Source: Acidobacteriota bacterium (lineage in GTDB: Bacteria; Acidobacteriota; Terriglobia; Acidiferrales; UBA7541). From it: a stretch of 64,000 bases of DNA. Below the pieces are notes generated by a model. That model ran no database searches. It was given only the letters and a program-made list of their open reading frames with translations, and was not told the DNA's origin. Shown in pieces: positions 30,449 to 41,313 of the stretch (positions are counted from its first letter, which is position 1; every line of letters starts with the position of its first letter). The stretch is taken from assembly GCA_046724685.1 (NCBI GenBank), contig JBKOXA010000074.1:8172-72171 (forward strand). Direction: 5' to 3'. The position numbers and the translations under genes are program-made.

Positions 30449-31422
30449 TGAAACGCTGCCCCCAGCATGTCAATCATCAGGCGCACGGCAGTTTGCGCCG
30501 TGCGGCCGCTCGGGTCCCTGTAAGGATTCACCTCGACCACATCGAATCCCACAAGTTTTCCCTTTGCCGTGACACCCTTCAACAGCTCATCCAACTCACG
30601 AAAACTCAGGCCGTCTGGCTCCAGTGTTCCAGTTCCAGGTGCAAGTGTAGGATCCATGACATCGACGTCGAGGGAGATATAAATATTTTCGCTCGCAGGA
30701 ACCTGCGATAGCGCCCAATCCACGCCCTTCGCGTGAATTTGCTCGGAAGTCACAATCGCGGAGTGAATTTTTCGCGCATTGCCGATCGCTTCGGGATCAT
30801 TGGCGAGCCCGCGCATTCCGAGCTGCACAACCTTCTTCACATGCCGGAGTTTCGCTGCTCGGTTCACCCACGACGCATGGTCGAGGTTCCCGGGCTCACC
30901 GGTCCACGTGTCCAAGTGCGCGTCGAAATGAATCAGCGTCACATCCTTGTCGAGCGCTCGAACCACAGGAAAGGTGACGCTGTGATCGCCACCAAGGACA
31001 ATGGGAAACGCTGATTTCTCGATGATTTTCTTAACGGCGGCGGTGATCTTGTCGTCGGTCTGCGCCGGCACAGTCGGAAACACCAGAACGTCGCCGACAT
31101 CGGCCCAACGCTTGCCCTTCAGAACGGTTCGATCGCCGTCAATGTAGTAAAAGCCTTCGGTCAGATCGTGATTGTATTCTTGCGAACTTTCGCGCAAGTC
31201 TCGCGGGCCATAGCGTTCGCCGGGCTGGCCCCAAGTGCCTTCGTCGAACGGAATACCGAGAACGGCAAAATCGGCTTTCAAATCGTCGAGGTTTGTAACG
31301 TACGGCGCGCCGAGGAAGGTCCGTATTCCGACGAACGTCGGTTGCGATTGCCTGCTTGCGCCTGCGGACGAAAGAGTTATTGGCAGGCTCAAGGCGATGA
31401 GCGTCAGCACAAATCGTCGCAT
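30445..31422 (-). CDS. Agmatinase/ureohydrolase family protein with an N-terminal signal peptide
   Basis: [25 protein letters not shown] and VEVNP Mn-binding motifs. The N-terminus [22 protein letters not shown] looks like a Sec signal. Confidence 0.85.
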   Translation of the reverse strand: MRRFVLTLIALSLPITLSSAGASRQSQPTFVGIRTFLGAPYVTNLDDLKADFAVLGIPFDEGTWGQPGERYGPRDLRESSQEYNHDLTEGFYYIDGDRTVLKGKRWADVGDVLVFPTVPAQTDDKITAAVKKIIEKSAFPIVLGGDHSVTFPVVRALDKDVTLIHFDAHLDTWTGEPGNLDHASWVNRAAKLRHVKKVVQLGMRGLANDPEAIGNARKIHSAIVTSEQIHAKGVDWALSQVPASENIYISLDVDVMDPTLAPGTGTLEPDGLSFRELDELLKGVTAKGKLVGFDVVEVNPYRDPSGRTAQTAVRLMIDMLGAAFH

Positions 31423-31566
31423 AAGGGAGTTCCTCTGGGCGTAATGTTACTAAATTTCAGTAAGGTTTTAGTAGCCGTCGCAATGGGACGGACTCGGTTT
31501 CTCGCTAAGGGCGTGATTGGGTCCAGACCCGCAAATGGGCTATCGTAAGAGTGGAGAGCTCACGGC

Positions 31567-32214
31567 ATGTTTACTGGCATCATCGAGCATCTCGGTACGA
31601 TTTCTCGCTTCGAAACGACTTCGAGTGACGGCAAACTCATCGTTCACGCGCCTTCGCTGGCGCGGCAGCTCGCAGTCTCCGCCAGCATCGCGGTTAATGG
31701 CTGCTGTCTGACGGTGGTTCATCATGATAACGAGAACTTTTCGGCTGATCTCTCGGGCGAAACACTTGCCAAGACGTCTTTTGCTTCTCTCAAGGCGGGA
31801 GTGCGGGTGAACCTCGAACAGCCTCTTACGGCAGGACGGGAATTTGGCGGTCATTTTGTGCTCGGCCATGTGGATGGCACGGCGCGAGTCGTTCACCTCA
31901 ACCCTGAAGGTGATAGCTGGCGTTATGGTGTGGAAATTCCACCGGATTTGGCGCGTTACGTAGTCTCGAAGGGCTCCATCACGATTGACGGAATCAGCCT
32001 CACTGTGGCCCGCTGGCAAGATCGGATTGCGGAAATCGCGGTGATTCCCTACACCTACGAACACACGAATATCCGCGATCGTGTTCCCGGCGATCAGGTC
32101 AATCTGGAGGCCGATATTTTGGGAAAATATATCGAGCGCTATCTGGGCCAGCGCGAATGGTCAATCGATTCGAGGCACCTTGGCGTGGACGACCTCATCC
32201 GCCAGGGCTTTTGA
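31567..32214 (+). CDS. ribE: Riboflavin synthase (alpha chain)
   Basis: MFTGII start, SIAVNGCCLTV, VNLEQPL, GGHFVLGHVDG, GSITIDGISLTV, VNLEADILGKY. Confidence 0.96.
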   Translation: MFTGIIEHLGTISRFETTSSDGKLIVHAPSLARQLAVSASIAVNGCCLTVVHHDNENFSADLSGETLAKTSFASLKAGVRVNLEQPLTAGREFGGHFVLGHVDGTARVVHLNPEGDSWRYGVEIPPDLARYVVSKGSITIDGISLTVARWQDRIAEIAVIPYTYEHTNIRDRVPGDQVNLEADILGKYIERYLGQREWSIDSRHLGVDDLIRQGF

Positions 32215-32239
32215 TCGTTGTCGAGTCCGGCGCGTTTCG

Positions 32240-33676
32240 CTAAGCGACCTCTCGCCGCCGTTGCCTTGCACCTCGAAAATACAAAATCAAACCTAACGCC
32301 ACGGCCGCAAGGGTGGTGCCAATCACTTTGGTTACAAACAGCTGGCGATTCGATGAATCGCCTGGCGGAAAAATCGACACGATGATGGACAACAATGTTA
32401 CGGAAAACGCCAGAATGCAGGCAATCCAGACGCCGACCTTACCGCCAGGGATCAGGACGGCCTGAGGATTTTCACTGCGATCGGGGCGTCCCGCAAGTTT
32501 GATGGCCGCGGCGAACATGTACAGGAACGGGATAAAATAAAGAATGATGGTTATATCGATGACAATCTGATAGGCGCCGCGGGTAGTTTCGTTGACTTGG
32601 CTGAGCAGCAACACCAGCGCCGAGGCGACAGCTTGTACGATGATGGAAATATACGGCGTGCGCCATCGCGGGTGAACTTTTCCAAATGCTTTCGGCAAAT
32701 ATCTGTCGATTCCGACAACGAACGGTACGCGCGCTATTCCAGCGACGGTACTTCCAACGCCACCAGCGTTGCCGACCGTAACCAAGCAGGCAGCGAGCAC
32801 CCCGACAAAGCCGATCTTCAGCGCAACGGAACCGACCGTAATTGCGTGGAAAACACCGCTCTTAGGATCAACATCAACGGAGGGAACGAGCGAGAGAACG
32901 GAGAACGTTCCAACAATATACATCGCGGCGATCAGGGCGGCGGCGGTCAATGCCGCCCGAGGCAGCGTTCTTCGCGGGTCGCGGATCTCGCCGCTCATCG
33001 CGGATACCAATTCGAGTCCAGTGAACGCAAATGCGATCTGAGACCAGAAATTTACTGTGTCCCAGTTCCAGACAGGCATCATATTCGTCCAGGTAAAGTG
33101 CGTGGCCGAGCCGTGCTCGAGCCACAACACGCCGGCGAGACCCACGAGAATCAACAAGGGCAGATACGTGGAAACACCCCCTGCGTTTTGCAGCCATTTG
33201 CCGATGTTGAGGCCGATGATATTCAGTATCACCGCCACAAACAGCAATCCGAGGGAGCCTGCGAGCAGAAATGTCCTGTCCTGCGACAACTCGACGCCTT
33301 TGTGACCGATAACGTAGGCGCTCATCGAAGTGCTGGCCAGCAACAAACCGGGAAAATAAAAGATCGTATAGATCCAATAGGTCCATCCGGCAACAAATCC
33401 GTGAAAATCACCAAACGCCTCTTTGGACCATACGTACAAGCCGCCTTCCTCCGGAAAACGCGAGGACAATTCATTGATAACCAACGCCATGGGCACAAAG
33501 AAAAGAACTGCAGCAAGAACCCACAAACTGATTGAGGGCGTGCCATTGTGCGCCGCAGCTGCAATCCAGCGCGGACCGAGCACAGTTGCAATATTGAAGA
33601 GGAGCACGTCCCAGAAACCCATTTCGCGGCGAAGTTGACTGCGCGGATCGGACGAGCCGACCGAGGACTGGCTCAC
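32240..33676 (-). CDS. APC family amino acid/polyamine permease
   Basis: About 12 TM helices, ELSSRFPEEGGLYVW, FAFTGLELVS, FGKVHPRWRTP. Confidence 0.88.
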   Translation of the reverse strand: MSQSSVGSSDPRSQLRREMGFWDVLLFNIATVLGPRWIAAAAHNGTPSISLWVLAAVLFFVPMALVINELSSRFPEEGGLYVWSKEAFGDFHGFVAGWTYWIYTIFYFPGLLLASTSMSAYVIGHKGVELSQDRTFLLAGSLGLLFVAVILNIIGLNIGKWLQNAGGVSTYLPLLILVGLAGVLWLEHGSATHFTWTNMMPVWNWDTVNFWSQIAFAFTGLELVSAMSGEIRDPRRTLPRAALTAAALIAAMYIVGTFSVLSLVPSVDVDPKSGVFHAITVGSVALKIGFVGVLAACLVTVGNAGGVGSTVAGIARVPFVVGIDRYLPKAFGKVHPRWRTPYISIIVQAVASALVLLLSQVNETTRGAYQIVIDITIILYFIPFLYMFAAAIKLAGRPDRSENPQAVLIPGGKVGVWIACILAFSVTLLSIIVSIFPPGDSSNRQLFVTKVIGTTLAAVALGLILYFRGARQRRREVA

Positions 33677-34482
33677 AGGACCACGTCCATCGCGGGGATC
33701 AATTGGTCCTGCATGCGGAAATTGTGAAAGAAGAGATCGGGCGAGTTTTCAAATTCCGTCCACGAGGAGAACACGCTAGCCTCGCCCTCCTGGAGGAAAA
33801 CGATGGTGTCGGCCAATTTTTTCGCGAGGTGGGTGTCGTGGGTAACGACGATCGAAGTTTTGTGGAATTTTTCCTTCAGCCGCAAAATCAGGTCGCCCAT
33901 GTGCGCGGCCATAATCGGGTCGACCATGGTGGTCGGCTCGTCGTACAGAATCGCTTCGGGATTCTGCGCGAGAGCCCGCGCGATCGCCACAGCCCGTTTC
34001 GTTCCCGTGGACAATTCGCTCGGCACTTTGTCCAAAACATCGTCCACCTCCAACTCCTTGGCGAGTTTGTCGGTGTACGCCTCGACATCGGCGTCGGTAA
34101 CTCCGGGCTGGTCCCTCAGCGGAAACGCAATGTTGTCGCGGACCGTCAGGGAATCGAAGAGCGCGCCGGACTGGAACACCATCGTCACCTTTCGCCGCAC
34201 CCCGTAGAACTCCTGCTCGGAGTAACTTGTGACGTCCACACCATCAACGAAAACCTGGCCGGAGTCTGCGCGCAGAAATCCCATGATGTGCTTCAGCGAG
34301 ACGGATTTTCCCACGCCACTTCGCCCCATGATTACGCAAGTCTCTCCGCGCTTTACGGCAAAGCTTACTTGCTTGAGCACCGGTCGCTCGTCGAAGGCTT
34401 TTGAAACCTGGCGGAATTCAAAGTAATTGACGGAATTTCCCCCCGTCGCGCCCGGCAGATTCGTGGTCGACGTCTCGCTCAC
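33673..34482 (-). CDS. ABC transporter ATP-binding protein (MlaF/Ttg2A-like)
   Basis: Walker A GRSGVGKS, Q-loop VFQSGALFDSLTV, signature LSTGT, Walker B ILYDEP, VTHD. The probable start is GTG at 34482. Confidence 0.88.
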   Translation of the reverse strand: MSETSTTNLPGATGGNSVNYFEFRQVSKAFDERPVLKQVSFAVKRGETCVIMGRSGVGKSVSLKHIMGFLRADSGQVFVDGVDVTSYSEQEFYGVRRKVTMVFQSGALFDSLTVRDNIAFPLRDQPGVTDADVEAYTDKLAKELEVDDVLDKVPSELSTGTKRAVAIARALAQNPEAILYDEPTTMVDPIMAAHMGDLILRLKEKFHKTSIVVTHDTHLAKKLADTIVFLQEGEASVFSSWTEFENSPDLFFHNFRMQDQLIPAMDVVL

Positions 34483-35128
34483 CTTTTCCCCGTTCCCAGG
34501 CCCGCAGCGCAACCTCGTAATCCTGCGGCGTATTCATATTCCAGAAAAGTTGTCCCGCGCTATCAAACCGTTTCCAGTGCTTCTCGTCAAGGACTTCCGT
34601 GTGCAAGTGCTGCATGGCGTCGGCCACTTTGCGCACACCTTCGTTGAATGCGGCTTGCAGCGGAGCCGCGGCCGAGGTACGCCAGCAGGCGCACAACGGC
34701 TCCAGCCCGTGCGCAGAGCGTGGAACGATGACGTCCCCATCGCATGCTTGTGCTCGTTCGCAGAGATACGCAAGCCATTCGCGAGTCAGAAAGGGCATGT
34801 CACAGCTTACGATCAGATTCCGCTCGAGCCCGCTTCCGGATTCTTCGGTTGCTTTCAGCGCTGTGATGATTCCGCCAAGAGGGCCTTCGTCAGGCCAACG
34901 ATCCTCCACAACGGAAACATCAACGTCGCTGTAGCGGCCGCGAGGTGCAATCACACATACAGAACCGGTCGCCGTTTGGACGAATCCGCAGATCCGGGAC
35001 AATAGGCTCTTTCCGTCAAATTCGACCAGCGCCTTGTCTGTTCCAAATCTCCGGCTTGCGCCTCCAGCCATGACGTAGCCGGCGACTTTACTCTCGATGA
35101 TTTTGTTTTTTCCTACATCCAGATTCAT
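34418..35128 (-). CDS. mobA: Molybdenum cofactor guanylyltransferase
   Basis: MAGGASRRFGTDKA, GPLGGI, VSCDMPFL, LEPLCACW, WNMNTPQDY. I trimmed the start to ATG at 35128. Confidence 0.9.
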   Translation of the reverse strand: MNLDVGKNKIIESKVAGYVMAGGASRRFGTDKALVEFDGKSLLSRICGFVQTATGSVCVIAPRGRYSDVDVSVVEDRWPDEGPLGGIITALKATEESGSGLERNLIVSCDMPFLTREWLAYLCERAQACDGDVIVPRSAHGLEPLCACWRTSAAAPLQAAFNEGVRKVADAMQHLHTEVLDEKHWKRFDSAGQLFWNMNTPQDYEVALRAWERGKGERDVDHESAGRDGGKFRQLL

Positions 35129-35136
35129 CGGCTTCG

Positions 35137-36543
35137 CTACTCTTCGCTTGAATCCTGCAATTCTCTGCCGGCCCTGCGGATGCCAAGCTCGCGCAATTTT
35201 TCCTGCAAGCTCTGCCGGTGCAGGCCAATGGTTGCGGCGGTACGCGAAACATTCCACCGGTGCGAAACGAGTTCCTTGGTGATCCAGGCGACTTCGAATT
35301 TTCGCTTGGCCTCGCGAAAGTCCCGTTCACTCAAGCCGGCATCGACTCCGTTCGCGCCGGCCTTGCCCGTCAGTTGTTGACCGCTGACGACCTCACCAGG
35401 CAAATCGGTTGGAAGAATTTCCTCCTCGCGGCACATCACCACACTGCTTTCGAGCGCGTTCTTCAGTTCGCGGACATTTCCCGGCCAGTCATAGGCTTCG
35501 AGCGCGGCCAGCGCGGCCTTGTTTAGCCGCGCCGAACGGCCGATCCGTGCTCCGTGCATTTTCAAGAACGCATCGGCAAGCACGCCGATGTCGCGTTTGT
35601 GCGACCGGAGCGGCGGCAATTCAATCGTCACGACACGCAACCTGTAAAAGAGATCGTCGCGAAATTTTCCGCTTCGTATTTCAGCAGGCAAATCGCGATG
35701 CGTCGCGCTGATCACCCGCACATCGACGGGAATCGTTTGCGAACCGCCTAGCCGCTCAATCGTTCGATTTTCCAGAGCGCGCAGCACTTTTGCCTGAGTC
35801 ACAGGATTCATGTCGCCGATTTCGTCCAGAAACAGGGTGCCGCCGTGCGCCTGCTCGAATTTTCCCCTTCTTTGCTGCGCCGCGCCGGTGAACGCACCGC
35901 GCTCATACCCAAAAAGTTCCGACTCAATTAACGTCTCTGGCAACGCGGCGCAATTCACCGCGACAAAGGGTTTTCCGGAGCGCGGAGAGCGGGCGTGAAT
36001 CTCCTGCGCCAGCAAGTCCTTGCCGGTGCCGCTTTCGCCGAGGATGAGCACGGTGGAATCCGTCGGCGCAACGCGATCGGCAATCTCGAACGCGCGGCGC
36101 ATCTCCTCCGACCGTCCGATCATTCCACCGAACTGCCCCTCCGTGGCGAGCTGCCGACGCAACGAATCGTTTTCCTGCTCCAGTGAAACCAGCTTCAATA
36201 GATTCGCGACTCTTTGCCGCAATTCGTCCAGTTCAAATCCCTTCACCAGGTAGTCGGCTGCCCCGAGCCTAAGCGCGTCGACAGCGGTCTTGGCGGCATC
36301 CAGTGCCGAAATCATCAGAACCGGGATGTTGTTTCCCTGCTCCCGCACCCATTTCAGGAACGACAATCCATCTTGCCCGGGAAGCACCACATCCAGCAGC
36401 ACCAGATCAGGCTTTTCCGTGAGCAAGGCATCGCGGGCCGCTTCGGCGGAGTCGGCTTCCGCAATGCGATATTTCGATTCGAGTGCCCGCCGCAATCCGT
36501 AGCGTGCCGCCGGTTCGTCGTCCACAATCAGAATCGTCTTCAT
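35137..36543 (-). CDS. Sigma-54-dependent response regulator (NtrC family)
   Basis: Receiver domain (LIVDDE, LLDVVLP), [30 protein letters not shown], and a Fis-type HTH. The start is MKTIL at 36543. Confidence 0.95.
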   Translation of the reverse strand: MKTILIVDDEPAARYGLRRALESKYRIAEADSAEAARDALLTEKPDLVLLDVVLPGQDGLSFLKWVREQGNNIPVLMISALDAAKTAVDALRLGAADYLVKGFELDELRQRVANLLKLVSLEQENDSLRRQLATEGQFGGMIGRSEEMRRAFEIADRVAPTDSTVLILGESGTGKDLLAQEIHARSPRSGKPFVAVNCAALPETLIESELFGYERGAFTGAAQQRRGKFEQAHGGTLFLDEIGDMNPVTQAKVLRALENRTIERLGGSQTIPVDVRVISATHRDLPAEIRSGKFRDDLFYRLRVVTIELPPLRSHKRDIGVLADAFLKMHGARIGRSARLNKAALAALEAYDWPGNVRELKNALESSVVMCREEEILPTDLPGEVVSGQQLTGKAGANGVDAGLSERDFREAKRKFEVAWITKELVSHRWNVSRTAATIGLHRQSLQEKLRELGIRRAGRELQDSSEE

Positions 36544-38513
36544 TTTGCTTCCTCTCGCGCCGCATCTCTCAACAACGGAAGCCACACCGAGAACCTTGTT
36601 CCACCTCCGTCGGTCACAGGGCTCTCTAGTTCAAGCGTTCCGCCGGCCTCAGCTACGCGCCGTGCCACTATGGCCAGCCCGAGTCCCGTCCCTTGCGTCT
36701 TGGTCGTAAAGAACGGCTGCAAGACCTTTTCACGCAATTCGGGTGGAATTCCATTGCCGTCGTCGTCTACGCGAAGGAGCGCCTTGCCGTCCTGCCGTGC
36801 TGCGCTGACTCGCACATGCCCGTCTGCAGTGGCCGCTTCGAGACTGTTCAGAATCAGGTTGGAGAGAATCTCGCTCACTGTTTCTCTTCCCGCAACCACG
36901 TGAGCGGCTCCATCCGACCAAGTCTCAAGCTGAATTCCCTTACGCTCCGCTTCGCGGCGCAATACTTCAGTTACTTCCTTAATGACCTCGGTGACATCGC
37001 ATCCCGCGCTTGTTTCCCCCAAGACGGCGGGCCGGCTGAATTGCAAAAGTTGGCCCAGCTTGCCGGAGAGGCGTGAAATTTCGGCCAAAACCATTTGGCT
37101 TTCGGACTTCAGCGAGTCCGGCATTTCGGGACTTTCCAGTTGAAGCTGCAGAATCGTCTTGATCGAACCCAGCGGATTCTTGAGATTGTGGGAAATGCTC
37201 GCGGCCATCTGGCCCAGCGCCGCCAGGCGCTCCCGTTCCGCCAGTTCCCTTTCCAAACGCACTTTCTCCTCGATCGCCTGGCATAAATCGAGTGCGCCCG
37301 GCAGCTGCCCGCACAAGTATTCCAGTGCCACCCGCGTTTCCCCCGAAAGCATGGCACCATGCGTCTTTACCTCAAGGATGCCCAGGGTCTGCCCTGCCTG
37401 GTGTACGCGGAATTTATTCTCAGAATCGGCGGACTCGCCTTCGGCCGCGACGGGCTCAGAGTTAAGCAATGAAAGTTTGACGTCGGCCAGTTCCAGTTGT
37501 TCTTTGACCCGAGTTTGAACGAAGCTATGCAATTTCGCCGGGTCACCTAACCGCGCCACCTGCTGGATTGCGCCCATTGTTCTGTGGGCTCGGTTGATTT
37601 CACCTTGTGCTGTGGCACGAAGGAGCCTGCTGACAAACCTCTGTAGCGGCTCAAAAAATGCGACCAGAACAAAAACAAGTATGGCCGCGGTAGCCTCGGG
37701 TGGAAGAACGGGCTCCAGCCACACGCTCATCCGCCGGATTACGCTCAGATAGAGAAGCGCTAGAAATGTAACAAATACGGCGTAAACCAAATTCCTCTGG
37801 CGTCCGATCTGCAGAAAATTGTGTTTTTCGACGTAGTAGACCAGCGCTCCGAACGGGAGGATCGGGTGTAGAGCCAGCATTGTGCCCAATTCAGCCCGAT
37901 CAACGCCTCCAGCTCGAAGATGTACATCAAAGACTAGAAAAGCACCCACAGCCAACCACACGGCCGCCCATTGGTGGAAGCGCCGCTGCGCCTTAACCGA
38001 GGCGGCCTTGAAGAAACGAAGTTGCCACCAAGAGCAAGCCACCAGAGCCGCCAAAAGCCAAGTCTTGTAGTCCTTTCCGAAGATGTTGATCGGTGTAAAA
38101 AAATCGAAGGGGCTCTCTCGGACGAGGTGGCGCGTATGGAGCGCCACGAAAACCAAGGGAAGATACGCGGCTACCAACCAAGCGGTTTTGGCTGCGCGGC
38201 CAGGAATGAGAACCCGATCTTTCGCGTACTCGACATGAAGGTGCAAAAGCAAAGCTGGCATTGTCCATAGCGCGAGAACCAGTAGCAGCTGTGAAAAGGT
38301 CTCCAGAAGGACGGGAGGCTGTGAGTAATAGATTTGTGCGTTGAGGGCGAGGAGCGAGCCGCTGTAGAAGAAAAAGAGGGCGAGGCAGAGGAAAAAGAAC
38401 ACGCGCTCGAAGTTGCGTTGGCGACGGTAGCCGAGAATGACCACCATCCAGAAAAGCATGAGAAGTGTTCCGGCAGTAAAGCCGATGAGGCGGAAATAGA
38501 CGAGGAATTGCAC
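36540..38513 (-). CDS. Sensor histidine kinase with a multi-TM (about 7-8) N-terminal domain
   Basis: H-box ISHNLKNPL, N-box SNLILNSLEA, DDGNGIP, FFTTKTQGTGLGL. It overlaps the RR start by 4 nt. Confidence 0.92.
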   Translation of the reverse strand: MQFLVYFRLIGFTAGTLLMLFWMVVILGYRRQRNFERVFFFLCLALFFFYSGSLLALNAQIYYSQPPVLLETFSQLLLVLALWTMPALLLHLHVEYAKDRVLIPGRAAKTAWLVAAYLPLVFVALHTRHLVRESPFDFFTPINIFGKDYKTWLLAALVACSWWQLRFFKAASVKAQRRFHQWAAVWLAVGAFLVFDVHLRAGGVDRAELGTMLALHPILPFGALVYYVEKHNFLQIGRQRNLVYAVFVTFLALLYLSVIRRMSVWLEPVLPPEATAAILVFVLVAFFEPLQRFVSRLLRATAQGEINRAHRTMGAIQQVARLGDPAKLHSFVQTRVKEQLELADVKLSLLNSEPVAAEGESADSENKFRVHQAGQTLGILEVKTHGAMLSGETRVALEYLCGQLPGALDLCQAIEEKVRLERELAERERLAALGQMAASISHNLKNPLGSIKTILQLQLESPEMPDSLKSESQMVLAEISRLSGKLGQLLQFSRPAVLGETSAGCDVTEVIKEVTEVLRREAERKGIQLETWSDGAAHVVAGRETVSEILSNLILNSLEAATADGHVRVSAARQDGKALLRVDDDGNGIPPELREKVLQPFFTTKTQGTGLGLAIVARRVAEAGGTLELESPVTDGGGTRFSVWLPLLRDAAREEAK

Positions 38514-38550
38514 TGGAGAGCCTCTGTTGAATTCTACAGCTGGAGCTCAG

Positions 38551-38566
38551 AGCACGGCAATTGCCA
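38551..38566 (-). promoter_or_regulatory. Putative sigma-54 (-24/-12) promoter for the HK-RR operon
   Basis: The minus strand reads TGGCAA-TTGCC-GTGCT, with GG and GC at canonical spacing, 38 nt upstream of the HK start. Confidence 0.5.
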
Positions 38567-38676
38567 AGTGCAAGATTCTTCCGACACAAGTGTAATATAC
38601 TGAAAATAATAGCTTTACTGGCTCAAAATGCGAGTTTAATCGCCTGTTAAAATCCGCGGAATTGTCGGCGGACGGC

Positions 38677-38704
38677 TTGACTTGAAGGGTTGATTTGTTA
38701 TATT
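38677..38704 (+). promoter_or_regulatory. Sigma70-type promoter of groESL
   Basis: TTGACT-N16-TATATT directly abutting the CIRCE. Confidence 0.6.
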
Positions 38705-38729
38705 AGCAGTCGGCCGTGAGGAGTGCTAA
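38703..38729 (+). promoter_or_regulatory. CIRCE element (HrcA operator)
   Basis: TTAGCAGTC-ggccgtgag-GAGTGCTAA, one mismatch to TTAGCACTC-N9-GAGTGCTAA, upstream of groES. Confidence 0.93.
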
Positions 38730-38848
38730 CGACCCTCCCATCTGGCTCGAAGGCGTTTTTTCGGGCTTGTAAGTACAAACCTTGTTTTTCGGTTTGTAAG
38801 TGCAAACCACAGTTCACCTGCAAGTTCACTAATGGAGGTTTTGCGAAG

Positions 38849-39163
38849 ATGGCAGTCAATCTGACACCGCTTCACGATCGTGTGATCGTAAAGCGCATCG
38901 AGGAAAAAGAAACCGTGAAGGGCGGCATCATCATCCCGGACTCGGCGAAAGAGAAGCCGCAGGAAGGCGAAGTGATTGCTGTCGGCGCGGGCCGGCGGGA
39001 AAAGGGCGAATTGATCCCGCTTGACGTCAAGCCCGGGGATCGCGTTCTGTTTGGCAAGTATGGAGGAACGGAAATCAAGCTGGAAGGTGAGGAATACCTG
39101 ATTCTCCGTGAAGAAGAGATCCTAGCCAAGCTGAGCGGTGCCGCTAAGGCCGCCAAGAAGTAA
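38849..39163 (+). CDS. groES: Co-chaperonin GroES
   Basis: [50 protein letters not shown] before ATG at 38849. Confidence 0.97.
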   Translation: MAVNLTPLHDRVIVKRIEEKETVKGGIIIPDSAKEKPQEGEVIAVGAGRREKGELIPLDVKPGDRVLFGKYGGTEIKLEGEEYLILREEEILAKLSGAAKAAKK

Positions 39164-39211
39164 GAAGTCGAGGTTAAGAAACAGGTAAGAATTGATTTCA
39201 GGAGGAAATGA

Positions 39212-40852
<1,641 letters not shown>

Positions 40853-40895
40853 GGCACTAAGAAGCATATCCAGCCAGCCCACTATCTCAATCCAC

Positions 40896-40928
40896 AGGGC
40901 GTCACGGTTACCGCGTGGCGCCCTTTTT
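40896..40928 (+). terminator. Rho-independent terminator of groESL
   Basis: GC-rich stem AGGGCGTCACG/CGTGGCGCCCT followed by a T run. Confidence 0.75.
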
Positions 40929-41313
40929 GTTTACCGCCGAAACGTTGGAATCCCTGTCAGCACCACGGGCCTTTGCGCAGGCTCATTGTCGTTCGCTGAG
41001 GCGTCCCACGCCGCATCCTAAGGGCGTGGATTCTGAGGATCACCGGAGCGGCGGTCATCGGTGCGGTCACCATTTCACGCAATGAAGATCTTTCTTCCAG
41101 GACTCTCGTAACTCGGACGAGACCTGAGCAGGGGTTCCCCCTTCCGGGCGCGGTTCAGCCTCTTCTCCGGCGGGCCACGGGATCGAAGTTTGCGCGGCAT
41201 TCGCGGGTTTTTGCGATTACCCCGCTGTTGGTATTGGCGAAACTCCCCCCAGCAAGGAAGCGGTGCGGCCGAGAGACGACGCCGCTTTCGATAAGTGACA
41301 AGCGCGGAGGATA

